A stretch of 64,000 nt of DNA, from IMG/VR virus record IMGVR_UViG_3300043399_000676, one strand, 5' to 3'. A model generated the notes under the pieces. It searched no databases. It was not told the DNA's origin and was given only the letters and a program-made list of their open reading frames with translations. The stretch comes from a virus (lineage: Duplodnaviria; Heunggongvirae; Uroviricota; Caudoviricetes). The position numbers were made by a program, and so were the translations under genes. Positions 30,034 through 39,066 of this stretch are shown piece by piece. Every line of letters begins with the position of its first letter. Positions within the stretch are counted from its first letter, which is position 1.

Positions 30034-30338
30034 GCGTCTTGTTCGATTCTTACTACTAAGGGGTAACCTTTGCTACGAGCATCAATGGTTACCTCAATTC
30101 CTTTTTGTTCTGCAATTTCATACGGAAGAACTGCTACCACTGCACTACCTTCTTCATGAATCCCAGTCGTAATATTTTCGGCTGTTTCATAAGAATAGTC
30201 GAAGTAATTAACTAAGCTTTCAATAACGTAATCCATTGTAGTTTTGTCATCATTCATGTAGACAACCTTGAACATTGGAGGTTCTGTGATGCTTAGGTTA
30301 GGCTTAATTCTAGTTTTAATGTCCGATTTTGTAGTCAT
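30030..30338 (-). CDS. clpS: Clp protease adaptor
   Basis: PPMFKVVYMNDDKTTMDYV, IHEEGSAVV and YEIAEQK motifs. Confidence 0.9.
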   Translation of the reverse strand: MTTKSDIKTRIKPNLSITEPPMFKVVYMNDDKTTMDYVIESLVNYFDYSYETAENITTGIHEEGSAVVAVLPYEIAEQKGIEVTIDARSKGYPLVVRIEQDA

Positions 30339-30357
30339 TTTTTTCCCTATCTAAGAT

Positions 30358-30379
30358 GAGAGGGGAGAATCCCCTCTCG
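30358..30379 (-). terminator. hairpin downstream of the Hsp20 gene
   Basis: GAGAGGGGA-GAA-TCCCCTCTC inverted repeat. Confidence 0.45.
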
Positions 30380-30398
30380 TAGTTGTTACACTATTATA

Positions 30399-30839
30399 TT
30401 ATTTAGTGTAGGTGATTGCAATTTTCTTGGGTTTTTCTTCTTCCGGAACAACTCTTTCAAAGTTGATCGTCAGAATCCCGTTTGCCATTTCGGCATTAGT
30501 TACTTTGATATTATCGTAGATAGGCCACGATAGTGAAAAGGATCTAGAACTAATACCCCTATACAGATACTGTGGTTTAGGTTCTTCGTCTGAGTGAGAC
30601 TGTGTTCCTTTAACCACAAGTTGATTACGTTCAACTTGAACTTCGATGTCGCCTTCTTTGAATCCAGCAACTGCCATCTGAATAGCGAATTGATCTTGGT
30701 CGATCTTCAATACGTTATACGGAGGATACGTAGGATTCTTTTGAATAGAACGGCTTAGTTCATCAAATAGAGATTCAAACCCTAACGCAAACCGATGAAT
30801 CTCAGGTAGGTTAAGCGAACGCAATGATAGATTTGTCAT
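30399..30839 (-). CDS. small heat-shock protein (Hsp20, IbpA-like)
   Basis: YPPYNV, AVAGF, YLYRGIS, NGILTI and PEEEKPKKIAI motifs. Confidence 0.92.
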   Translation of the reverse strand: MTNLSLRSLNLPEIHRFALGFESLFDELSRSIQKNPTYPPYNVLKIDQDQFAIQMAVAGFKEGDIEVQVERNQLVVKGTQSHSDEEPKPQYLYRGISSRSFSLSWPIYDNIKVTNAEMANGILTINFERVVPEEEKPKKIAITYTK

Positions 30840-30945
30840 GTGTTTTCTCCTTTATAATAAGCAAGTTATGACATAAATGAGGCCTCACCATGAGCACCTC
30901 ATATCTATTTATACTACTTTACGGCAGTATAGTATACTATTTTGG

Positions 30946-31167
30946 TTAAAAATTCTTCTTAGGGACTGTTTGATCCCTAAGATACTTTTTCCATCTACGA
31001 ATAGCTTGGTTCTTTGCCATTTTCTTTTTCGTAGTTGGTTTTATAAACTCCTGACGTTCTTTTACTTCTTGCAGTAGACCTGCGTCTGCAACTGTCTTTT
31101 TAAACTTTCGCAGAGCGCGGTCAACGTTGTCGTCATGTACTGTTACTTTTAGTCCCTTTATTAACAT
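30946..31167 (-). CDS. rpsU: ribosomal protein bS21
   Basis: NVDRALRKFKKTV...LQEVKERQEFIKPT. Confidence 0.85.
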   Translation of the reverse strand: MLIKGLKVTVHDDNVDRALRKFKKTVADAGLLQEVKERQEFIKPTTKKKMAKNQAIRRWKKYLRDQTVPKKNF

Positions 31168-32369
31168 AATGCTGTTGGTGTTATCACCTTCTCCTTATCG
31201 ATATTTAGCACTCTTAGTCCTTGATCGTAGTATTTTTTAACGTTAAACATATGCTGCATTAGAACCTTTTCAAGTTCTTCGTGCAACCCCCTAGCACCTG
31301 TTTTATGCTTTAACGTATTTTCCGCTATCAATTCAATTGCCTCGTCCGTAAATGACAACTGAATTTCATCTATACTAAACAGGTGTTTATATTGCAATAT
31401 ATAGTTATTCTTGACTTCAGTCAAGATGTGAACCATGTCATCCTTTGTAAGTTCATTTATGCTCACCTTTGTCGCAAACCTACCTACGAATTCAGGAATC
31501 ATTCCAAATTTTAACAGGTCATCTGTAGTGACGTATTTGAGATTGCCGGCGACGTTTTCGATTTTAGATGGAGCATTAAACCCTATAGTAACCTCATTCA
31601 TTCTTTCTGCAATGACTTCAGTCAACCCTGCAAAGGCTCCACCTGCAATAAAAAGAATATTGGTCGTGTCAATTTCTATTACTTCATTGGTAGATTGTTT
31701 CTTTGATGTCTTAGTAACAGGTAATCTACACTTAGTTCCTTCTATTAACTTTAAGAGACCCTGCTGAACTCCCTCGCCCGAGATATCTCTACCTGCACTA
31801 TTTCTAGCCTGTTTCTTTGCAATCTTGTCAATCTCATCGATGAAAACGATTCCTCGCTCAGTTCGTTCTTTGCTTCCTCCCGATGCATTAAAAAGCATAC
31901 CAATGATACTCTCGACATCATCCCCTACGTAACCTGCTTCAGTTAATCCAGTGGCATCGGCGACTACAAAAGGAACATTTAGGTATTTGGCTATAGTCTT
32001 AGCAAGATATGTTTTTCCACTACCCGTGGGACCCATTAAAAGAATATTGCCTTTTTCTATCTCTAGATCCAATGAAGGTTTGTTTATACGTTTGTAGTGA
32101 TTTGCAACGGCTACGCTAAGAACAACTTTAGCATCATCTTGTCCAATCACATATTCATCTAGAAACTCTTTGATTTTTCTAGGATCAAAGAGTTCCGAAG
32201 ACTCTTCTTGTTTCGCAGGAGATATCGTGTTACCGTGTACTAAATGACCGCACAGATCAATGCATTCATTGCATATTGACGCGGAGTGTCCTACGACCAG
32301 GCGTTTGACTACGGATTTGTTTTTCCCGCAAAATGAACACACTGTGGATTTTTCGTTTTCATCTGACAT
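31161..32369 (-). CDS. clpX: ATP-dependent Clp protease ATPase subunit
   Basis: CSFCGK zinc finger, GPTGSGKT, LTEAGYVGDDVE, IDEIDK, IGF loop and GARGL motifs. Confidence 0.95.
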   Translation of the reverse strand: MSDENEKSTVCSFCGKNKSVVKRLVVGHSASICNECIDLCGHLVHGNTISPAKQEESSELFDPRKIKEFLDEYVIGQDDAKVVLSVAVANHYKRINKPSLDLEIEKGNILLMGPTGSGKTYLAKTIAKYLNVPFVVADATGLTEAGYVGDDVESIIGMLFNASGGSKERTERGIVFIDEIDKIAKKQARNSAGRDISGEGVQQGLLKLIEGTKCRLPVTKTSKKQSTNEVIEIDTTNILFIAGGAFAGLTEVIAERMNEVTIGFNAPSKIENVAGNLKYVTTDDLLKFGMIPEFVGRFATKVSINELTKDDMVHILTEVKNNYILQYKHLFSIDEIQLSFTDEAIELIAENTLKHKTGARGLHEELEKVLMQHMFNVKKYYDQGLRVLNIDKEKVITPTALC

Positions 32370-32382
32370 AGCTTATATTTAT

Positions 32383-33228
32383 TCATACAACATCCACATA
32401 CTTAAGTTTAAAGTTTTTGGCTTGAGTTTCATACCCAATATAACCCCTTGGATTACATACGATTCTTGTACTCCCGATTTCGTAGTCAAAAGGTTCATGA
32501 GTATGTCCATGAGTCCAAAGTTTAATTTGAGGACGATCTAAAATAAAATCACTAAGATCACTACTGTACGCTCCATTCATCAAGGTGTCGTTTCGATACC
32601 AATCTGGAATACTTCTAGTACTAGGTGAATGATGTCCTACTACAACAAATTTTTCGTTGTCTTTCCCCTCTGTAACTAGTTTAATGTAATCCAAAGATTG
32701 TTTATGTCGAGTAATGGTATGAGATGGACGAAGTTTTGTGAACCCAGCTTCATCGTTGACTATCATTCGGTAGTCATTCATCATGTCAGAAATTGCATGT
32801 TGAGTTAGAGGATCTCCCTTATTCAGGTCTGTCCAAAGAGTCGATCCAACAAAAGTAATATCATCGATGACCTTGACTTCCCTTTCTAGGAAGTAAATGT
32901 TACCAAAAAAGGAGGTTACTTCCTTCAACAAAGACAAAGACTTTACCCATTTACCCTGATAGAACTCATGGTTTCCTGCGACGTAGATAACATGAGGGAA
33001 CTCTTTACTGCACATTTCCAAAAAGGTTAAGTACTTCATCGCTGCATTCTGACGTTTGCCCAAATGATCGACTTTACCTTCTTTCCATTCTTCGAATAGA
33101 GGAAGGTTGCGATCAAAGTCAGATGCAACCAAAATATCACCGGACAAAATTAAAACATCCGCACCTTCGTTTTTGAACTCAATTGGCCCAAACTCTAAAT
33201 GAAGGTCACTGGCAATTGCAATTTTCAT
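32383..33228 (-). CDS. calcineurin-like metallophosphoesterase
   Basis: SDLH, SGDI, GNHE, HHSP, HGHTH and NPRGY motifs. Confidence 0.9.
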   Translation of the reverse strand: MKIAIASDLHLEFGPIEFKNEGADVLILSGDILVASDFDRNLPLFEEWKEGKVDHLGKRQNAAMKYLTFLEMCSKEFPHVIYVAGNHEFYQGKWVKSLSLLKEVTSFFGNIYFLEREVKVIDDITFVGSTLWTDLNKGDPLTQHAISDMMNDYRMIVNDEAGFTKLRPSHTITRHKQSLDYIKLVTEGKDNEKFVVVGHHSPSTRSIPDWYRNDTLMNGAYSSDLSDFILDRPQIKLWTHGHTHEPFDYEIGSTRIVCNPRGYIGYETQAKNFKLKYVDVV

Positions 33229-33281
33229 ATTTTTTCCTAAATAAAATTGCGTTATACAATAACTTGTATAACGCAGGTAAA

Positions 33282-33716
33282 CTATTTAACAGTGGTGAAA
33301 AATATGTCTATCTTTTTGTCTGCTGGCCACGATTGAGCATATTCATTATCCTTGTCGCAAAGCTGTAGAGCTTCCTCATTAGAAACAACTCGATGAGAAA
33401 CAATAGTTTCATCCAAATGAACTTGGCTGAATTCTTGAGCCTCATTCAAAGTCACTGTATCAAGCGCCCACTCTGCTTTACCTTTAGGCACCTCAACCAT
33501 GTATCTAATTCTAAACATAGAAACAGTTTCTACTAGCACCATTTCTGTGTCTTTTTTCTCCAGCACGAACGAACCGTCTTTCTGTTCTGTCCACTTCAAA
33601 CGATCACCTTCTTTCCAACCAACCTGTTCGATTAGTTCAGGAGGAAATTCAATGAATGCATCACCGTTCTTGTCTTCTTGAACTGGGATAGACCAAACTT
33701 TATTTTCGTTACTCAT
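33282..33716 (-). CDS. AbrB/MazE-like N-terminal domain protein
   Basis: GDAFIEFPPELIEQVGWKEGDRL. Confidence 0.65.
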   Translation of the reverse strand: MSNENKVWSIPVQEDKNGDAFIEFPPELIEQVGWKEGDRLKWTEQKDGSFVLEKKDTEMVLVETVSMFRIRYMVEVPKGKAEWALDTVTLNEAQEFSQVHLDETIVSHRVVSNEEALQLCDKDNEYAQSWPADKKIDIFFTTVK

Positions 33717-33940
33717 TTTTCCCTCAGTTGCTTAGATATTACGGAAAGCAAAGTTTCTAAATTGGACAACGCCTTTTTATCGATCATGAGGGACAGCTTG
33801 TTTTGCAATCCTTCGGGATCTTTTGCGTCTTCCCATTGGGTGTGTATCTTAAGACACACGGCATCTTTAGGATGCAGAGGCTTTAACACCTCTGCATACA
33901 CTCGATATCCGCTTGTTTCACTCAGCAGAATCATGTTCAT
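33713..33940 (-). CDS. hypothetical protein
   Basis: Coupled to the DUF2828 gene. Confidence 0.6.
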   Translation of the reverse strand: MNMILLSETSGYRVYAEVLKPLHPKDAVCLKIHTQWEDAKDPEGLQNKLSLMIDKKALSNLETLLSVISKQLREK

Positions 33941-35355
33941 ACATCATACCTTTCGATCATGACAGTTTTAAGCATAATATTTTCTGGGGTAAAATCGTCC
34001 AGATCATTCGCAAGCACTGCACGAACGATTGCAGGAGAAAACCCAGACACCAAAGCAACTCCTTTTTCGTTGCTCTTTACAGGAACGTTATCCGATGCAT
34101 TCAAATTCCAAAACACAACCTTCGGCACATCGTATCCTGCTTCAGCATACAGCCGTTTTACGGATTCTAGTGCAGAATCATCAAACTTAGCACATTGGTC
34201 AAACTGCATGTCCGAAAGAATCAACAGAATATCAGGCATTTCATCTTGAGGAACTTTGCCTTTCTTCGCCACATTCAAGATGTTTTGAAAACACTTGATA
34301 ACATCCGTGTTCATTCCCCAAGACGAGGTGTTCATTTGTTGAGCCTTTTGAACAATCGTGCCTTTGAGATTTTCTAGAGTCGGCGAGCCCGAGAAAGTCG
34401 CAAAGATGTCCTTAAAAGCACCTGTGTTCTTGTCCGACAGATACAGCCCCAACGAAACTGCCACTTCAAGGCAAGTCAACTTGCTCTTGGAGCTGTAACC
34501 ACCTGCCGGGCAGGTCATAGAACCAGAGACATCTACCATTGGTAGGATGTTCGCGTCACCTACGAAGTTTTCCAAAGCTTCCCATTGTTTTTCAACAAGT
34601 GAAGTTTCAGTTTTGTCGTAGCTGACATAACGAGTAATCATACCCTTCAGGACATCGTAGGGGAATACCGCACCTGCATTGACCTTAACGTCAACATCAC
34701 CGTTTACCAAAGCCTGCACATATTCCGCATACTTGGTAGTATTGCGGTTAAATGCTTTCTTGTAACGTGCAGCAGCCACAGAAGGCACATGGCTAAAGTT
34801 GATGTTGTCCCAGTCCTTCGCACACATTTGCTGCTCGACAACCTTGGTCAGATTGACCAGCGTCTTGCGATACTGCTTAGGAGACAGTCCAAGAAATTTG
34901 CGAAGTTCGACCGCAACCTTTCCTTGCCGAGGCATCCATTTTGCACAAAGACCATTTTCAGCCTTGAGTGCATTACCTATGAACGCAAATGCTGCATTCT
35001 TTAGAACAGGATCGGTAAAGATCAGCAGGTCGTCCCATCGCCCCAATTCAGGAACTTTGGCGATAAGTTTCAACGCACTATCGGGATCATTCTTTTCCAA
35101 AAAGATTAGAACGTCACGAAAAATCTGGCGTTCACCTGCGCCGCCACGCGCATCTCGCGCCCATTGCACAATTCTAAGCGCAAGGTCTTTGCTTTCAACC
35201 ATTGCTGCTACGAAGTCAGGAACAATGTCCTTTCCTCGTGAAGCGCCAATTTTATAGAACAGGTCCACACAGGCGTTAGTTGTGGATTTACGAGCCTTCA
35301 TACCATTTGCGGTACGAGCTTCTTGATTTGCTACTGCGTTTGCAAAAGAGTTCAT
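33937..35355 (-). CDS. DUF2828-family protein (TROVE/Ro60-like helical domain plus vWA)
   Basis: ARDARGGAGERQ, GRWDDL and AKWMPR motifs; MIDAS DVSGSM; ILSDMQFD; VFWNL. Confidence 0.85.
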   Translation of the reverse strand: MNSFANAVANQEARTANGMKARKSTTNACVDLFYKIGASRGKDIVPDFVAAMVESKDLALRIVQWARDARGGAGERQIFRDVLIFLEKNDPDSALKLIAKVPELGRWDDLLIFTDPVLKNAAFAFIGNALKAENGLCAKWMPRQGKVAVELRKFLGLSPKQYRKTLVNLTKVVEQQMCAKDWDNINFSHVPSVAAARYKKAFNRNTTKYAEYVQALVNGDVDVKVNAGAVFPYDVLKGMITRYVSYDKTETSLVEKQWEALENFVGDANILPMVDVSGSMTCPAGGYSSKSKLTCLEVAVSLGLYLSDKNTGAFKDIFATFSGSPTLENLKGTIVQKAQQMNTSSWGMNTDVIKCFQNILNVAKKGKVPQDEMPDILLILSDMQFDQCAKFDDSALESVKRLYAEAGYDVPKVVFWNLNASDNVPVKSNEKGVALVSGFSPAIVRAVLANDLDDFTPENIMLKTVMIERYDV

Positions 35356-35366
35356 TTGTTTCCTTT

Positions 35367-35405
35367 CAGTTTAGTGATTAAATTAAGTTTGCTGTTTCTA
35401 AACTT
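35367..35405 (-). ncRNA. stem-CAGCAA motif copy A, in the DUF2828 leader
   Basis: Minus strand AGTTTAG-AAACAGCAAACTTAATT...CTAAACTG, immediately before the AAAGGA SD. Confidence 0.7.
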
Positions 35406-35472
35406 ATGAGTATATTATATTGTCATTCTATAATAACTTCAACTATTTTGGGCAAATACTAAATACTATACC

Positions 35473-35937
35473 ATGAAAATATTTGAAATAGAATCTCCCA
35501 AACTTTACAACAATTGGGTTCGTTATAACGAACAGAGTTTGAACGATGACTTTGAGGAATACAAACTCAAAGAAATGTCAAAGTGGAAGGCAAGAGCATC
35601 GCGGATAGGAGCAAGGTTTCCACTCTTCCCTGACATAGAAAGTTTTAAACAAGGATTGGACTCAGCAAAAGTTGTTGAGATTGACGCATTACCTGATGTT
35701 CAAAACTTGACAAAGAACAATTCCATTGAAGATATCGAAGACATGGTAAGTTCTTATCATATGCCAAGGAATGTAAACCGAATAGTTGCAGGTATAACCA
35801 ACAATGCTAAACTTCCATTGCCTATAATATTAAAAGGTTCTCGTGGTTTATGGATTATGGCTGGCAATACTAGACAAGCTACAACAAGGGTACTAGGTGC
35901 TGTGCCAAAAGCATTACTGGTAGACGTATCTTCCTGA
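35473..35937 (+). CDS. hypothetical late protein with ParB/Srx-like C-terminus
   Basis: TAAATA promoter, MKIFEIE N-terminus, PIIL...WIMAGNTR. Confidence 0.6.
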   Translation: MKIFEIESPKLYNNWVRYNEQSLNDDFEEYKLKEMSKWKARASRIGARFPLFPDIESFKQGLDSAKVVEIDALPDVQNLTKNNSIEDIEDMVSSYHMPRNVNRIVAGITNNAKLPLPIILKGSRGLWIMAGNTRQATTRVLGAVPKALLVDVSS

Positions 35938-36435
35938 ATTAGGGTTTTCAGTTTCCCACCTAGTCATTTCATTAACTAGGGCGTGTTTAAGTCCCATCAC
36001 TTTGTCTGCACATTCTAAAAGCAAAACGTTTGGAAACATTTGAGGTCTAATACTATGAACATAGTCAAATGCCTCTTTTGGTGTCGCACCATGTTGCACT
36101 AAAGTGATAATTGAAGCAGACGTACTTCGGCTAATACCTGCCCTACAATGAATAAGAACATTGTCATTAGGTTTGATATTCTTAGTGTGAGCTAGAAGCT
36201 TTTCTACATGCTGCGGTTCGGGATGAATCCACCCTTCCATTGGAAAATCAATATCATCTACTACGATTCTCAGATGATTGACTCCAGAGCTATATAGCGT
36301 GGGCTTCACTCTACCGAATTCGTTACGAACAGGGCCAAGCAAAGTTACGGCTAAGTCATGCCAGTTCCTCTTTATAAGTTCTTGTGCCATTTCTAGGTTT
36401 GTGATATGAAGTGTGAAGTTAGGTTTATATTTCAT
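35914..36435 (-). CDS. protein tyrosine/dual-specificity phosphatase
   Basis: VLIHCRAGISRS (CX5R) and IRP..FPN motifs. Confidence 0.88.
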   Translation of the reverse strand: MKYKPNFTLHITNLEMAQELIKRNWHDLAVTLLGPVRNEFGRVKPTLYSSGVNHLRIVVDDIDFPMEGWIHPEPQHVEKLLAHTKNIKPNDNVLIHCRAGISRSTSASIITLVQHGATPKEAFDYVHSIRPQMFPNVLLLECADKVMGLKHALVNEMTRWETENPNSGRYVYQ

Positions 36436-36455
36436 GTAATTCCTTTGAGTAGTTG

Positions 36456-36714
36456 CAGGATGGTGTTGACCGCTATTTTATTTTCTGGTTGCCTCATCCC
36501 CTCACCCTCTACAGGTGTGATCTAGTCACCGCAACCCTAGCATACAATTCTTGTAGCCTATCTAACCTTGTGTCTGCGTTAGAAACATATCAGGATTCGC
36601 CCTGCGCTATCTATTCCTTTAGTGTCCCTTTCGGGAAACATATTTCTATGCTACTCTCCAGTCACCGTCTATAGCAGTTGCCGTAGTATTTTTTTGTTGC
36701 TGTACTCATCCTAA
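36456..36714 (-). ncRNA. stem-CAGCAA motif copy B enclosing ~240 nt of structured RNA
   Basis: TTAGGATGAGTACAGCAAC...CATCCTG; no credible ORF. Confidence 0.65.
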
Positions 36715-36723
36715 TTAAGAAAA

Positions 36724-36822
36724 CAGATTAGATTCCTACTTTTTGTTTACAGTGAGAAATCGAAACTCACCTCGTCCGGCGAACCAGACCCATAGTTATA
36801 TAAAATTGCTGTATCTAATCTA
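36724..36822 (-). ncRNA. stem-CAGCAA motif copy C with a T-arm-like hairpin
   Basis: AGATTAGAT-ACAGCAAT...GTGAGTTTCGATTTCTCAC...ATCTAATCTG. Confidence 0.65.
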
Positions 36823-36836
36823 AAGCTCTAACTAAC

Positions 36837-36865
36837 AGTATATATGTTTGAATCTACACTGTCAA
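36837..36865 (-). promoter_or_regulatory. sigma70 promoter upstream of copies C and B and the PTP gene
   Basis: TTGACA-17 nt-TATACT on the minus strand. Confidence 0.75.
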
Positions 36866-36878
36866 ATATTTTCTTTGT

Positions 36879-37064
36879 TTATTTTTCCGAATCAGTGTTA
36901 TGAGGGAAAACTTTCTTACCGAGAATTGCTGCCCATCCACCGATTTGCCATGCCGCGATCATCAACGTAATAGTCAATGCTACTTTCTCTGAGAACATAG
37001 GCAACAGTCCGTACCAAAAAACGAAGATGATCGCAAAAGCAAAAACCATTGCCTTAACTGTCAT
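36879..37064 (-). CDS. small membrane protein
   Basis: AAGGAG SD, two TM segments. Confidence 0.6.
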   Translation of the reverse strand: MTVKAMVFAFAIIFVFWYGLLPMFSEKVALTITLMIAAWQIGGWAAILGKKVFPHNTDSEK

Positions 37065-37097
37065 TGCTTACTCCTTATTTTTCTTATAGAAAAGAAA

Positions 37098-37301
37098 TTA
37101 CAGTTGCTCGTCTTTTACCCAAATTTGTTTACTGCCAGTAATCCACATTGCCACAAAGACTGACCAAAATCCTAGTTGGATCAATGCAATGATAATCAAA
37201 ATAGGACCTACGATCATCCTGGGCAAAATGATGATAGAAAGCACCACACTTACCCAAAACAAAGAAAGTACCACTACATTTTTAATGTTGACTTGATTCA
37301 T
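37098..37301 (-). CDS. small membrane protein
   Basis: Two TM segments. Confidence 0.6.
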   Translation of the reverse strand: MNQVNIKNVVVLSLFWVSVVLSIIILPRMIVGPILIIIALIQLGFWSVFVAMWITGSKQIWVKDEQL

Positions 37302-37304
37302 TGT

Positions 37305-37508
37305 TTACCTTCCCAATACTTCGACACGCTTTAGGTAAGCTTGAGCACCGTTCAAGACCGACTCAAGTTCTTGAAGAGCCTTGGTATAGTGTCCATTGAT
37401 GTGCTTCTCATGCGTTAATTTTCTATCTTGATTAGCTGCGTCTTTGACAAAGTCCAACGCATCCTTTGCGAGTTCTACTCGCCGCTTTGCAATTTCCAAT
37501 GCAGTCAT
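37305..37508 (-). CDS. hypothetical protein
   Basis: MTALEIAKRR start with GGAG SD. Confidence 0.6.
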   Translation of the reverse strand: MTALEIAKRRVELAKDALDFVKDAANQDRKLTHEKHINGHYTKALQELESVLNGAQAYLKRVEVLGR

Positions 37509-37509
37509 A

Positions 37510-37788
37510 TTAATCTCCAGAATCGATATCAAAGTGATACCCGCAATGCTTGCAGATATAACGTTCCAGGCAACGACCCAGCGAAACATAAGTGTACTCA
37601 TGCACACAGGGCTCACCATTGTCCCTACGAAGGGGAACTTGACCATAGGCTTTACCCCACATAGTTTGGCCGCCGCAATTATTACATGCGCGGTGAGTCT
37701 TGCCTTTATTCCAAGAATAAGTGAGTTGCTCTTCAGTGAGCGGGAGTTCCTTAGTGCCGTTACAAACAGGACAGATACCGAGAGTCAT
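37510..37788 (-). CDS. Cys-rich zinc-finger protein
   Basis: CPVC, CNNC and CKHC. Confidence 0.65.
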   Translation of the reverse strand: MTLGICPVCNGTKELPLTEEQLTYSWNKGKTHRACNNCGGQTMWGKAYGQVPLRRDNGEPCVHEYTYVSLGRCLERYICKHCGYHFDIDSGD

Positions 37789-37799
37789 TTTGTTTCCTC

Positions 37800-38087
37800 T
37801 TAAAGAACGTCAACCTGAACGTCGATGTTCCGCGAACCGACGGACGGAACATAGACAGTCACGCTAGTAGCCATACCAGACGTAACTCCCGACCAACCAT
37901 GCAGACGTTTGCCTTCAGCACGATCCTTGGCCAAAGTTTCGAGGACTTGCTTCGTAGCCTGATAGTGGGCGGTAGTAGCAAACTTGCTCTCGACTTCACC
38001 GACAGTCATGTAGATGCCGACACCGTCAACAATGACACGAATTTTTTGGCTGTTATTGAAACCCTTGATCACTTGTTGCTTACGCAT
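37800..38087 (-). CDS. hypothetical early protein
   Basis: Follows a PeSL-like cassette. Confidence 0.7.
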   Translation of the reverse strand: MRKQQVIKGFNNSQKIRVIVDGVGIYMTVGEVESKFATTAHYQATKQVLETLAKDRAEGKRLHGWSGVTSGMATSVTVYVPSVGSRNIDVQVDVL

Positions 38088-38150
38088 CGTTTGCTCCTGT
38101 TCGTTCAGTGTATAAAGTAATTATACACCCAAATTAATTATTTGTCAACC
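38088..38150 (-). repeat. early promoter/stem-loop/SD cassette (PeSL-like)
   Basis: GGTTGACAAATAATTAATTTGGGTGTATAATTACTTTATACACTGAACGAACAGGAG; related copies at about 38339-38397, 39601-39659, 40864-40924, 41183-41243, 41453-41513 and 41970-42023. Confidence 0.85.
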
Positions 38151-38152
38151 TT

Positions 38153-38338
38153 TTAGTAGGTGTCGAAACCTAGGTTGTGCATCGCATCACGGAACGGCTC
38201 TGTTGCACCTTCGTCGGCAAAGTCATAGATATGATCACGAAGACTATCCGAGCATTCGAATTCGAAAACATCGTAGGCATCGCTGATGTTTTTCAGGGAT
38301 TCAACACGCACGATGAACTGATTCAGTGTTTGCAGCAT
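38153..38338 (-). CDS. hypothetical early protein
   Basis: Follows a promoter cassette; GGAG SD. Confidence 0.6.
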   Translation of the reverse strand: MLQTLNQFIVRVESLKNISDAYDVFEFECSDSLRDHIYDFADEGATEPFRDAMHNLGFDTY

Positions 38339-38393
38339 TTTAAGCTCCGCTAATCAATCAATACATATATTATATGCCCAAATGAATTATCTG

Positions 38394-38615
38394 TCAACCG
38401 GTTTGATCATCCAATTCCCTCTTCAGTTGGGCAACTTTCAGCATGGCCTTAGCAACCGCTTCCATTTCCTCAATCGAACCAAAAGAAAGGTTGATGCGGT
38501 AATCACCAGATTCCCTATCTTCGACGTAAGTGAGTTGGAGAACCTCATCATCCGAAATCTCGTACTTATAGCCAAGATCACAGTAAACGGTCAGGGTGAC
38601 TCCAGTTTCAGTCAT
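38394..38615 (-). CDS. hypothetical protein
   Basis: Coupled to the HD gene. Confidence 0.6.
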   Translation of the reverse strand: MTETGVTLTVYCDLGYKYEISDDEVLQLTYVEDRESGDYRINLSFGSIEEMEAVAKAMLKVAQLKRELDDQTG

Positions 38616-39064
38616 TTCAGTTGTTCCAGTTTAAGTTTGAGTTCCATGTAAAACGTCTGGTACTTCACCATCCGTTGAATATCTTTCTCTGTGATGCCTT
38701 TCAGGCGCCGAATGTCGGTATTGTGTCGAAGGTCAGCCATCTTGACTCGCATAGCATCTACGTTAGCAAAGACGCCTTCTTTGTATTCATCGTAGGTCTG
38801 ACCTGGTTGCTTAGTCAGCGCACGAATACCTTCGATGACCCGCTCGCTGATGCCTGCTTCCCTCAGATCCTTGTAGGTGACGGAAGTGTCCTCGATTACG
38901 TCATGCCCCAGGGCAATGCACATAAGCTCTTCGTCGTCCGATTTGAGGTAGTGCATGACCTTAAGAGGGTGCAGAATGTAGGGGTTACCGCCTCGATCAA
39001 ACTGCCCATGATGCGCGTTCGTAGCGATCATCAGCATCTTGTCCAGCATTTCACCTTTTTTCAT
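38612..39064 (-). CDS. HD-domain RelA/SpoT-type (p)ppGpp hydrolase-like protein
   Basis: AHHGQFDRGGNPYILHP, LGHDVIEDT and VKMADLRHN motifs. Confidence 0.85.
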   Translation of the reverse strand: MKKGEMLDKMLMIATNAHHGQFDRGGNPYILHPLKVMHYLKSDDEELMCIALGHDVIEDTSVTYKDLREAGISERVIEGIRALTKQPGQTYDEYKEGVFANVDAMRVKMADLRHNTDIRRLKGITEKDIQRMVKYQTFYMELKLKLEQLK

Positions 39065-39066
39065 GA

